DNA from: Mobula hypostoma
Taxonomy: Eukaryota
Length of the DNA stretch: 64,000 bases
Assembly: GCF_963921235.1 (NCBI RefSeq)
Contig: NC_086097.1
Coordinates: forward strand, 98,024,001-98,088,000
Direction of reading: 5' to 3'
Shown: positions 49,840 through 62,108 of the stretch, piece after piece
How the letters are laid out: the number at the start of each line of letters is the position of its first letter
Numbering within the stretch: the stretch's first letter is position 1
Position numbers and translations under genes: made by a program
Notes under the pieces: model-generated
The model's database searches: none
Told to the model about the DNA's origin: nothing
Seen by the model: only the letters and a program-made list of their open reading frames with translations

Positions 49840-50340
49840 AATAGACAATAGGTGCAGGAGTAGGCCATTTGGCCCTTCAAGCCAGCACCGCCATTCCCTG
49901 TGATCATGGCTGACCATCCACAATCAGTACCCAGTTCCTGCCTTCTCCCCATATCCCTTGACTCCACTATCATTAACAGCTCTATCTAACTCTTTCTTGA
50001 AAGCATCCAGAGAATTGGCCTCCACTGCCTTCTGAGGCAGAGCATTCCATAAATCCATAACTCTCTGGGTGAAAAACTTTTTCCTCAACTCCGTTCTAAA
50101 TGGCCTACCCCTTATTCTCAAATTGTGGCCTCTGGTTCTGGACTCCCCCAACATCAGGAACATGTTTCCTGCCTCTAGCGTGTCCAATCCCTTAATAATC
50201 TTCAATCAGATTCAATGATTCAATCAGATCCCCTCTCATCCTCCTAAATTCCAGTGTATACAAACCCAGTCACTCCAATCTTTCAACATATGACAGTCCC
50301 GCCATCCCGGGAATTAACCTCGTGAACCTCCGCTGCACTA
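49840..50340 (-). mobile_element. CR1 3' fragment
   Basis: ORF 49924..50205; (caataga) tail. Confidence 0.88.
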
Positions 50341-50689
50341 TTACAGTATTATTGTATATATTGTGGCGACCCACTTTCTGGCACCCACGAACCGGCTCAC
50401 GAAACAGCGCACGCAGGCAGAGGGCCGTCAGCAAAAAGGGCGCCAGGCCATCTTCACCAGCAGGGGGAAAATCCCGCGCGCAGAAAGGGTCTGGGAATAT
50501 GCATTCCCCACAGTAGTCCCGCCCCAGGGAGGGCGGGAACGGGAAGGCTTTAAAGCGGGCCGCGATGTTTGAATAAATCTCTTTCATCGCAACTCTAACT
50601 TATCGACTCCGTGTGGTTATTCTAGCGCTGTGTGTAGCACACCGCTACAATTGGTGACCCCGACGGCCCAAACGATATTTGGACCAGAG

Positions 50690-51394
50690 ATGACCGACGC
50701 TGCATCTGTTCACGCAGTTTCGTTAAAACTGCCAAGCTTCTGGACGCTGCGACCCCATTTCTGGTTCGAACAAGCAGAAGCACAATTCCACATTCGGCAG
50801 ATAACCTCGGAGTCCACTCGCTACTACTACGTGCTGAGCTCCCTCGACCAGGAGACTGCTGCACAAGTTGAGGAGTTTATACAGTCGCCCCCGGAGGACG
50901 GCAAATACACAGCATTCAAAGCCCTGCTCATAAGGACTTTCGGACTCTCACGGCGCGAACGAGCACGCCGCTCAATGCACCTGGATGGTTTGGGAGACAG
51001 GCCGCCGTCAGCATTAATGAACGAGATGCTGGCCCTGGCTGAAGGACACAAACCCTGCCTCATGTTTGAGCAGGCGTTCCTAGAGCAACTGCCCGAGGAC
51101 ATATGCCTGCTGCTGTCCGACGCAGATTTCAGCAACCCCCGGGAGGTGGCGGCCCGAGCAGATTTGCTGTGGAATGCCAGGAAAGAGAGAGGGGCATCCA
51201 TCGCACAGATCACCAAGCCGCGTGCCCAACGACAGACCAGACCAGGCCCGGCAGCAGAGCCTACAAAACCCGGCGGCGGGAGTGAGGAGTCCAACGAACA
51301 ATGGTGTTTCTACCACCAGCGGTGGGGCACGGAGGCCCGCCGCTGCAGACCGCCCTGCAAATTCCCGGGAAACGCCAGGGCCAGCCGCCGCTGA
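50690..51394 (+). CDS. gag: Gypsy Gag
   Basis: SLKLPSFW..WFEQAEAQF; C-terminal WCFYHQRWG..ARRCRPPC. Confidence 0.85.
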   Translation: MTDAASVHAVSLKLPSFWTLRPHFWFEQAEAQFHIRQITSESTRYYYVLSSLDQETAAQVEEFIQSPPEDGKYTAFKALLIRTFGLSRRERARRSMHLDGLGDRPPSALMNEMLALAEGHKPCLMFEQAFLEQLPEDICLLLSDADFSNPREVAARADLLWNARKERGASIAQITKPRAQRQTRPGPAAEPTKPGGGSEESNEQWCFYHQRWGTEARRCRPPCKFPGNARASRR

Positions 51395-54300
51395 TGGCTA
51401 CGGCGGCTGGCCATCAGGACAGCCTCCTGTACGTCTGGGACAAGCAGTCGGGACGCCGCTTTTTGGTCGACACCGGAGCGGAGATCAGCGTCTTACCTCC
51501 AACGAGTTACGACACCCGCAACAGAGAACCGGGACCCACCCTGAGGGCCGCTAATGGCAGCACAATACGAACCTACGGCACCCGCACGGTGCGGCTACAG
51601 TTCAGCTCCAGCCGGTTCACGTGGGACTTCACACTGGCCGCCGTGGCCCAACCACTGCTGGGGGCAGATTTTCTACGAGCCCACAGCCTGCTGGTCAACT
51701 TGCAGGGAAGCGATTAGTCCACGCCAAGACTTTTCAAACGTTCTCCCTGGGTGAAGCACAGTTGCCAGCCCCACACCTGGACTCCATCACGCTGTCCGAC
51801 GATGAATTCACCAGGGTCCTGGCGGATTTCCCATCAGTACTGACACCGCAGTTCACGGCAGCCATGCCCAGTCACGGAGTACAGCACCACATCCCGACCC
51901 AGGGACCACCCCTCCAGGCCCGTGCTCGAAGGCTTCCCCCGGACAAGCTCCGACTGGCGAAGGAGGAGTTCAAGAAGATGGAGGAATTAGGGATCATACG
52001 ACGGTCCGACAGCCCATGGGCCTCCCCCCTTCACATGGTGCCCAAGGCAACGGGGGGCTGGAGACCATGCGGTGACTACCGCAGACTGAACGAGGCTACA
52101 ACACCAGACCGCTACCCTGTGCCGCACATTCAATACTTCGCAGCAAACCTACACGGCGCAAGGATCTTTTCCAAGGTAGACCTCGTCCGGGGATACCATC
52201 AAATCCCTGTACATCCGGACGACATCCCCAAAACAGCACTTATCACCCCGTTCGGACTTTTCGAATTCCTCCGAATGCCGTTTGGTCTAAAGAATGCCGC
52301 ACAGACTTTCCAGCGGCTAATGGACGCTGTGGGACGCGACCTGGACTTTGCATTCATCTATTTGGACGACATCCTCATAGCCAGCAGTAGTCGGCAGGAG
52401 CATCTGTCCCACCTCCACCAGCTCTACTCCCGCCTGAGCGAATTCGGCCTTACAATCAACCCAGCCAAATGCCAGTTCGGACTCGATACCATCAACTTCC
52501 TGGGCCACAGGATTACCAAAGACGGGGCAACCCCGCTGCCCGCCAAGGTAGACGCGGTCCGCCACTTCCCCCGACCCAACACAATCAAAGGCTTGCAGGA
52601 ATTCGTGGGTATGGTGAATTTCTACCACCGTTTCCTCCCCTCAGCAGCCCGAACCATGCGCCCCTTGTTCACTCTAATGTCGGGTAAGGGCAAGGACATT
52701 ACCTGGAACGAAGAGGCCGCAACCGCTTTCGTTAAAACCAAAGAAGCCTTGACAAATGCCGCGATGCTGGTGCACCCCAGAGCAGACGTTCCTACTGCCC
52801 TCACGGTGGACGCATCCAACACAGCAGTCGGTGGAGTGCTGGAACAACTCATCGAGGGTCGCTGGCAACCCCTGGCGTTCTTCAGCAAACACCTACGACC
52901 ACCCGAACTCAAATACAGTGCTTTCGACCGGGAGCTATTGGCACTATACCTGGCAATCCTGCATTTCAGGTACTTCTTAGAAGGTAGGCCCTTCACCGCG
53001 TTCACAGACCACAAACCGCTTACCTTTGCGTTCACTAAGGTGTCCGACCCCTGGTCGTCCCGCCAGCAGCGACATCTGTCCTACATCTCCGAGTACACGA
53101 CGGACATCCGGCATGTCTCTGGAAAGAACAATGTCGTGGCAGACGCACTTTCCAGACCCACCATACAGGCCCTGTCCCAGGGGGTGGACTATGCAGCGCT
53201 GGCAGAGGCACAGCAGGCAGACGCTGAGATCCCCAGTTACAGGACTGCAGTCTCCAGTTTGCAGCTCCAAGACCTCCCCGTAGGCCCAGGTGAGGGGACC
53301 CTACTATGTGACGTAGCTACTGGCCAACCCCGCCCCATCGTCCCAGCAGCCTGGCGCCGGCGGGTGTTCAAATCCATTCACAACTTAGCGCACCCCTCCA
53401 TCAGGACAACTGTCCGGCTGGTCTCCAACAGGTTCGTGTGGCATGGACTTCGTAAACAGGTCAGTGAATGGGCCAAAACGTGTATGCAGTGCCAAACGGC
53501 CAAGGTGCAGCGGCACACCAAGGCTCCACCGCAGCGGTTCGAACCCACCCGCCGGAGGTTCGACCACATCCATGTGGATATCGTGGGGCCCCTGCCAGTG
53601 TCACGAGGAGCGCGGTACCTCCTAACTATGATAGACCGGTTCACCAGATGGCCAGAGGCAGTCCCGCTCAGCGACACCACCTCCGAATCCTGCGCCCGAG
53701 CACTGATCGCAACCTGGGTAGCACGCTTTAGGGTACCGGCCCACATTACCTCCGACAGGGGCGCCCAGTTCACCTCCAGCCCATGGTCAGCTGTGGCCAG
53801 CCTATAGGGAACACAGCTACGCCACACAACTGCCTACCACCCACAGTCGAACGGACTAGTGGAGCGCTTCCACCGTCACCTGAAATCGGCTCTCATGGCC
53901 CGCCTGGAGGGGCCTAACTGGGTGGACGAACTTCCCTGGGTCCTGCTCGGAATCCGCACGGCGCCCAAAGAGGATCTACACACCTCGTCGGCCGAGTTGG
54001 TGTACGGCGCGCCCCTGGTCGTCCCAGGAGAGTTCATACCAGCCCCAAGGGGGCAAGAGGAAGAACCCACAGCAGTCCTGGACAGACTACGGAAGAGGCT
54101 CGGTAACCTGGCCCCCATACCCACTTCACAGCACGGACAGAGCCCGACCTGCGTACCCAAGGACCTGCAGAACTGTAAGTTTCTTTTTGTACGACGGGGC
54201 GGAGACCGGGCACCGCTACAGCGGCCCTACAAGGGGCCGTTTAAGGTGATCAGGAACAACGGGTCCACGTTCATGCTGGACATTGGGGGGAGAGAGGAGG

Positions 54301-54455
54301 TTTTCACGGTGGACCGACTCAAACCGGCCCATGTGGACTTGGCGCAACCGGTCCAGGCTCAGGCACCGCGGCGCAGGGGCAGACCTCCCAAACAGAGGCC
54401 GATCCAGACTGTGGACATTGGGGGAGGTATCGCCGGTTCTGGGGGGGGGGGGTTA
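51394..54455 (+). pseudogene. pol: Gypsy Pol (PR-RT-RH-IN) with a frameshift at ~51705 and a TAG at 53805-53807
   Basis: FLVDTGAEIS; YLDD; TVDAS; HHCC; HVDIVGP; SDRG; ERFH; PYKGPF. Confidence 0.9.
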
Positions 54456-55639
54456 TGTGGCGACCCACTTTCTGGCACCCACGAACCGGCTCACGAAACA
54501 GCGCGCGCAGGCAGAGGGCCGGCAGCAAAAAGGGCGCCAGGCCATCTTCACCAGCAGGGGGAAAATCCCGCGTGCAGAAAGGGTCTGGGAATATGCATTC
54601 CCCACAGTAGAACGGGAAGGCTTTAAAGCGGGCCGCGAAGTTTGAATAAATCTCTTTCATCGCAACTCTAACTCACCGACTCCGTGTGGTTATTCTAGCG
54701 CTGTGTGTAGCACATCGCTACAATATTATTATTCTGTACTTTATTATTAGTTAAGTCTGTACACTACTAAGTGTGTTTTTAAATGTTGCTACTGTAATGA
54801 AAGAATTTCCCAATCAGGATCAATAAAGTACTTCTTATTATTATTATTTTCATCAGTCTTCTTAGTGACCTCTTCAAAAATCTTAATCAAATTAGTGGCG
54901 CAGGATGTCCCACAGAAAGAGCCCTGCTGACTATCCCTGATCAGCCCCTACATTTCCAAATGTACATGAATCCAATCCCTTAGAATGTTCCTCAATAATT
55001 TCCATAGCACTGATGTGAAATTCACAGACTGCTGGAAGTCCAGTGCTGGAAGAAAGCATTGACTCGATAGGCCAAAATTCTTTTCAAATATTAAAATATT
55101 TTTGATTGATCACAGGTGAGTACAAAAACACTTTCTAACACAGAAGCACCTTGTATAACTGCGTTCACTCTGATCACACAGGGAATTAATTCTGGAGAAT
55201 TCATGGCACCTGGATGTAACAAACACTGACAAAAGAGGGTGCTAAAGTACTTTTAAAATCGTGAATCTGTTTGGAAATGGAGAACCTCTTGAATTACTCA
55301 TTTGTGTTGTTCAGGCTGCATAGTGTTGCAGTTCCGGAGACTGGTTCAGGCTGTTTGAAGATTGCCCATTCTACATGTGATCGTCTTTTGTTTCCTCCCA
55401 CATTTCAATGAAGAACAGAGAGGCTAATGGGTTATAGTACATTCCCCCTTCATGCAGACATGTGGCAACAAGAGCCAGAAGACTGTTGACAGGAGATGAG
55501 ACTGAGAATAACTATGGGGTAAAGGGAATTAAGGAGGCCGGGACTGGGACCGCTGGAGGACAGCACAGACTCCATGTGTCAAAATTCTTCTCATGAAAAT
55601 TAATTTGTGATGGTTATGTAGATGTCAGAGGCACTCAAG

Positions 55640-57030
55640 AGCAGTATAGAGATCTCTATACTGAAATGAGGCACAACATCATAAAACAGGGCTGAGAAGC
55701 AGAAGAAGTACCCAAGGACTGGAGAACAGGACATCTAGTTCAAATCCCTAAGAAAGGAGATCTCCAGGAATGCAAAAACTACAGAGGGATAATGTTGCTT
55801 TTAGTGCCAGGGAAAGTTCTGAGCAGAATCATTTTAGAGAGATTGAAAAATGTAGTGGATGAGAAGCTTAGAGATGAACAAGCAGGATTTCGACAAAACA
55901 AGTCTTGAACTGATCAAATTACAACTCTAAGGACTATCATTGAACAGAATGGAACACATCACTCTACATTGATTTTGTAGATTATGAAAAAGCACTTGAC
56001 AGCCTGGACAGGGAGACATTGTGGAAACCAGTGAGGCATCTTGGGATTCCAGAGAAGTTAACTAACTTGGGAAAGAAGATCTATGCAGAATAATCCATAT
56101 AGGTCAGTTGTCAGATACTTTCAAGGTGAACACTGGGGTACGACAGGGATGCTTACTGTCCCTTTTCTCTTTCTGCTGGTGGTGGACTGGATTATGAAGC
56201 AAACAACAGATGGCAAGAAGAATGGAATATAGTGGACATTGTTCAGACAGCTGGATGATCTTGACTTTGCTGATGATTTGGCACTACTGTCACACAGCCA
56301 TGCCCAGATGCAAGAGAAAATAGATCTTCTAGACTCCACATCGCAGAAAATAGGGCTCCACATCCATGTGGGGAAAACAAAATTACTAAAAGTAAATGCA
56401 GGAAACAACACAGTTATCCTGAGAAATGTTCCTCTAGAAGAAGCGGAGTCATTTGTCTATCTGGGAAGCATTGTCAACAAGGAAAGAGGTACAGACCAGG
56501 ATCCAAAAGCCAGAGGAGCCTTCATAATACTACGTCCAGTTTGGACGGCAAAAGAACTAAGGTTAAGAACCAAACTGAGAATCTTCAACTCAAATGTCAA
56601 ATCTGTCCCCTTATATGGCTCTGAAACTTGGAGACTGACATCAAAAGCTATCAGAAAAATCCAGACCTTCATCAACAAATGCTTGCGTCAGATTTTGGGG
56701 CTAACATGGACAGATTATGTGAACAATACAGAATTATGGCAAAGGACCAACCAGACACCATTTGAGGCAGAGATCAAGAGAAGGAAGTGGTGCTGGGTAG
56801 GAAGCCCCCGAATAGTATCACCAGACAAGCTCTCACATGGAATCCTCAGGGCAAGCGAAATCGAGGTAAGCCCAAGTCCACATGGAGGAAGGAAGTGTTA
56901 ACCGACGCCAGGAGAGTGGGAATGACATGGTCACAGCTGGAGAGATATGCACAAGACAGGTTGATCTAGAAAGAGGTTGTTGATGGCCTATGCTCACTAG
57001 TGAGTTGAAAGGCAGAAGAAGAAGATGTAG
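55640..57030 (+). mobile_element. RTE-clade LINE, 5'-truncated and degraded
   Basis: IPKKGDLQECKNYRGI; GVRQGCLLSP; LDFADDLALLSH; LYGSETW; QALTWNPQGKR. Confidence 0.85.
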
Positions 57031-57211
57031 ATGTACCACCCAGTCCGGTCCTGAGTGAAAAAGTAATAGTATTGTACTTAGATGAGACTCAAGGAAATTA
57101 ACCTCTGTCAACACCCTGGTAGTACTGTAATCCCAGGGTAGTGAGGGATAGATGAAAATCAGCCAGGAATCCTGACCCTGGTGGAATTTACTACTTGTAT
57201 CTTCATTGACC

Positions 57212-57495
57212 ATGAGACCATAAGACAAAGGAGCAGAAGTCGGCCATTTGGCCCATCGAGTCTGCTCCACCATTTTATCATGAGCTGATCCATTCTCCCA
57301 TTTAGTCCCACTCCCCCGCCTTTTCACCATAACCTTTGATGCCCTGGCTACTCAGATACCTATCAATCTCTGCCTTAAATACACCCAATGACTTGACCTC
57401 CACTGCCGCCCACGGCAACAAATTCCATAGATTCACCACCCTCTGGCTAAAAAAATTTCTTTGCATTTCTGTTCTGAATGGCCGCCCTTCAATCC
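57212..57495 (-). mobile_element. CR1 3' fragment
   Basis: ORF 57302..57517 (FRTEMQRNFFSQRVVNLWN). Confidence 0.85.
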
Positions 57496-58484
57496 AGAAA
57501 AAAGCCGAAATAAACATGCTAATTAATTAGGTGCCGCCGACACGTAATTGTCGGCCCAGATCAGAGGCGATGCAATCGGAAAAATCGGCACTGATCTGGG
57601 CCGATAATTACGTGTCGGCGGAACCTAATTAATTAGCATGTTTATTTTGGCTTTTTTCTTAAAGATGTGCTGTGTGCCTCCCGGCTACCGCTGTGTTCTT
57701 CGCGAATCGGTACAGTATCTGTCCGGGGCCCGGGTGTTGGGGTGGTGGGACACGGGGGTGTCATCTCATCATCGATCAGGGCAGGCAGCTCATCTTCTCC
57801 TATGACTGCCTGCCTCGATGTCGAAAGTCGAGGTTCATCGTCTGCTGTGGCTGATGTGGAAGGCTTGCTTGACTGCTGAGCCTCGCACATTTTTCTATCA
57901 TACAGTTCTTTGTAAGTAATCAAACCATCCTGCAAATATCCCCTAAACCTACGTACTCTTCAAGATTAAAGTCAGACTTTATCATTGCAGCGAAAATCTC
58001 ACGCGGTTGCTTCACTTTCTGCGTTCGGTTTCGATTGTTATCCTTTCCTCTTCCAATTGCATCAGCTCTTCATCCATCAGTTCTTGGTGATGGGATGCCA
58101 AAACCTCTTCAACATCATCTTCATCAGCTTCCACAAGCCAAACTCACTTTGTGTTTGCTTCGTTCACCACGATCAAAATGCTTAATTATGTCCAGTTTTA
58201 CGCTAAGTGTAACACCCTTACTCTTTCAGGCTTTTCCGACACCTTAGAACTCATCTTGCTAATGGCTGCTCAATGCAACGTGTTTCAGCAACGCCGTTCC
58301 AAATCCGGGGCAGAGCGGCTGCTCGGGGCGCGCTGCCTTTTATCGCGTGCTGATTTTTTATCGCACGCTGCCTTTCTTCGTAACAGTGAAAACACCTTCT
58401 GAAAGCAAAAAGAGGGTACTAATGTAGGTCTTTCGTAACAGTGAGGTTTCGTAAAGCAAATGTTTGAAAAGCGGGGGACACCTG
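57496..58484 (-). mobile_element. Tigger/pogo-like non-autonomous DNA transposon remnant
   Basis: Minus strand begins TA|CAGGTGTCCCCCGCTTTT with tacgaaa subterminal motifs; the opposite TIR is not seen. Confidence 0.6.
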
Positions 58485-58976
58485 TAACTCCAGCTGCGGC
58501 TCTTATCAATCAATTTGAGAATTTCCATTATTGTGTTATGTAGAAGTAATATTTCAGCGCTGCTTGTCCTGGTAAAGCAGGTTCCTACAGGGAAGACCGA
58601 TTGTTTACTCTGTCAGTGGTCAATCCGTTCTGGTTCTCCCATAATGTTCCCAGTTCAGTGTAGTGGTTCGATTTTTACCAATTTTGTTTTCTTGTTAACA
58701 AGAACGACGATATTTGAACAATTCGCATGAAATATTCACTTTTCTTTACAACACTTCACAATGACTTTCCTTCACTCGCAAGGTCAGAAGGAAATGTGTT
58801 GGCTGATGTTCAGCATCTTTCGCAGCCGCTAGATAACGAAGCAGTACACACCCAAAATCCAGACAATTCTGAGGTCTGGGCCAGTAGGTGGCAAGTAACA
58901 CTCGACAAATGTCAGACAATGGCAGTATTCGGCAAGAGCAAATCCAACACGCCTCTCCTATTTGTAATGGCATTGT

Positions 58977-61900
58977 CAATAGACAATAGACAATAGGTGC
59001 AGGAGTAGGCCAATCAGTCCTTTGAGCCAGCACTGCCATTCACTGTGATCATGACTGATCATCCACTATCAGTACCCTTTTCCTGCCTTCTCCCCATATC
59101 CCTTGACTCTGCTATCTTTAAGAGCTCTATCTAACTCTTTCTTGAAAGAATCCAGAGAATTGGCCTCCACTGCCTTCTGAGGCAGAGCATTCCACAGAAG
59201 CACAACCATCTGTGTGAAAAAGCTTTTCCTCAACTCCGTTCTGAATGGTCTACCCCTTATTCTTAAACTGTGGCCTCTGGTTCTGGATTCCCCCAACATC
59301 GGGAACATGTTTCCTGCCTCTAGCGTGTCCAATCCCGTAATAATCTTATATGTTTCAATCAGATCCCCTCTCATCCATTAAATTCCAGTGTATACAAGCC
59401 CAGTCGCTCCAATCTCTCAACATATGACAGTCCCGTCATCCCGGGAATTAACCTCGTGAACCTACGCTGCACTCCCTCAATAGCTAGAATGTCCTTCCTC
59501 AAATTTGGAGACCAAAACTGCACACAATACTCCAGGTGTGGTCGCACCAGAGCCCTGTACCACTGCAGAAGGACCTCTTTGCTCCTATACTCAACTCCCC
59601 TGGTTATGAAGGCCAACATGCCATTAACTTTCTTCACTGCCTGCTGTACCTGCATGCTTACTTTCAGTGACTGATGAACAAGGACACCTAGATCTCGCAC
59701 TTCCCCTTTTCCTGAATTGACACCATTCAGATAGTAATCTGCCTTCCTGTTATTGCCACCAAAATAGATAACCTCACATTTATCCACATTAAACTGCATC
59801 TACCATGCATCTGCGCACTCACCCAACCTGTCCAAGTCACCCTGCATTCTCATAACATCCTCCTCACATTTTACACTGCCACCCAGCTTTGTGTCATCTA
59901 CAAATTTACTAATTTTACTTTGAATTCCTTCATCTAAATCATTAATGTATATTGTAAATAGCTGTGGTCCCAGCACCGAGCCTTGCGGTACCCCACTAGT
60001 CACTGCCCACCATTCTGAAAAGGACCCATTAATCCCTACTCTTTGTTTCCTGTCCGCCAACCAATTTTCTATCCATGTCAGTACGCTACCCCCAATACCA
60101 CTTGCTCTAATTTTTCCCACTAACCTCCTATGTGGGACCTTATCAAAGGCTTTCTGAAAGTCCAGGTACACTACACCCACTGGCTTTCCCATGTCCATTT
60201 TCATAGTTACATTCTCAAAAAATTCCAGAAGATTAGTCAAGCATGATTTCCCCTTCGTAAATCCTGCTGACTCGGACCTATCCTGCTACTGCTATCCAAA
60301 TACGCCACTATTTCATCTTTTATAATTGATTCCAGCATCTTCCCCACCACTGATGTCAGACTAACTGGTCTATAATTGCCTGTTTTCTCTCTCCCTCCTT
60401 TCTTAAAAAGTGGGATAACATCAGCTACCCTCCAATCCGCAGGAACTGATCCTGAATCTATAGAACATTGGAAAATGATTACCAATGTGTCCACGATTTC
60501 CAGAGCCACCTCCTTAAGTACCCTGGGGTGCAGTCCATCAGGCCCTGGGGTTTTATCAACCTTCAGTCCCATCAGTTTACCCAACACCATTTTGTGCCTG
60601 ATGCAATTTTCCTTCAGTTCATCTGTTACCCTAGGTCCTCTGGCCACTATTACATCTGGGAGATTGTCTGTGTCTTTCCTAGTGAAGACAGACCCAAAGT
60701 ACCTGTTCAGCTTGTCTGCCATTTCCTTGTTACCCATAATAACTTCACCCATTTCTGTCTTCAAGGGCCCAACTTTGGTCTTAACTAATATTTTCCTCTT
60801 CACATACCTAAAGAAGCTTTTACTATCCTCCTTTATATTCTTGGCTAGCTTACCTTCGTACCTCATCTTTTCCCCGCCGTATTGCCTTTTCAGTTATCTT
60901 CTGTTGCTCCTTAAAAGTCTCCCAATCCTCTGGCTTCCCGCTCATCCTTGCTATTTTATACTTCCCCTCTTTTATTTTTATACTGTCCTTGACTTCCCTT
61001 GTCATCCACGGTCGCCCCTTACTCCCCTTAGGATCTTTCTTCCTCTTTGGAATGAACTGATCCTGCACCTTCTGTATTATTCCCAGAAATACCTGCCATT
61101 GTTGTTCCACTGTCATCCCTGCTAGGGTATCTTTCCAGCCAACTTTGGCCAGCTCCTCCCTCATGGGTCCATTGTCCCCTTTGTTCAACTGTAATACTGA
61201 CACTTCCGATCTTCCCTTCTCCCTCTCAAATTGTAGATTAAAACTTATCATATTATGGTCACTACCTCCTAATGGCTCCTTTACCTCGAGTTCCCTTATC
61301 AAATCTGGCTCATTACACAACACTAAATCCAGAATTTCCTTCTCCCTGGTAGGCTCTAATACAAGCTGCTCTAAGAATCCATCTCTAAGGCATTCCACAA
61401 ACTCCCTTTCTTGGGGTCCAGTACCAACCTGATTTTCCCAGTCTACCTGCATGTTAAAATCCCCCATAACAACCGTAGAATTACCTTTGCGACATGCCAG
61501 TTTTAACTCTTGATTTAACTTGCACCCTATATCCAGGCTACTGTTTGGGGGCCTGTAGATAACTCCCATTAGGGTCTTTTTGCCCTTACAGTTTCTCAGT
61601 TCTATCCATACTGACTCTACATCTCCTGATTCTATGTCCCCCCCTCGCAAGTGACTGAATTTCATTCCTCACCAACAGAGCCACGCCACCCCCTCTGCCG
61701 ACCTGTCTGTCCTTTCGATAGGATGTATACCCCTGAATATTCATTTCCCAGCCCTGGTCCTCTTGCAGCCATGTCTCTGTTATTCCCACAACATCATAAT
61801 TGCCAATTTCCAGCTGAGCCTCAAGCTCATCCACTTTATTTCTTATACTCCGTGCATTCATATATAATACTTTAAATCCTTTAAAGTAATACTTTTACTC

Positions 61901-62108
61901 CCCTCACCTTTCACATCGATTCCTATTGCACTTTGCCATACTTTGCAACCCATCCCTTCTATACAATTCATCCTTACCCCAAAACAGATCCCAGTGGTCC
62001 AAGAATCTGAATCCCTGCTCCCCACACCAGCTCCTCAGCCACACATTCAAATCCCCTATTTCCCTGTTCCTGCCCTCACCAGCACAAGGAACTGGAAGCA
62101 AACCAGAG
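58977..62108 (-). mobile_element. CR1 LINE (ORF1 remnant + ORF2 with several frameshifts) inserted into an older CR1-type element
   Basis: ORFs 61586..61861, 60850..61665, 60237..60866, 59800..60240, 59371..59799 and 59069..59374; (caataga)n tail. Confidence 0.95.

Larger units (their letters stand above)
50362..54722 (+). mobile_element. Full-length Ty3/Gypsy LTR retrotransposon
   Basis: LTRs 50362-50649 and 54456-54722 (TG...CA); TSD ATAT; PBS tggtgaccccgacg (tRNA-Trp type); G12 polypurine tract at 54441-54452. Confidence 0.97.
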
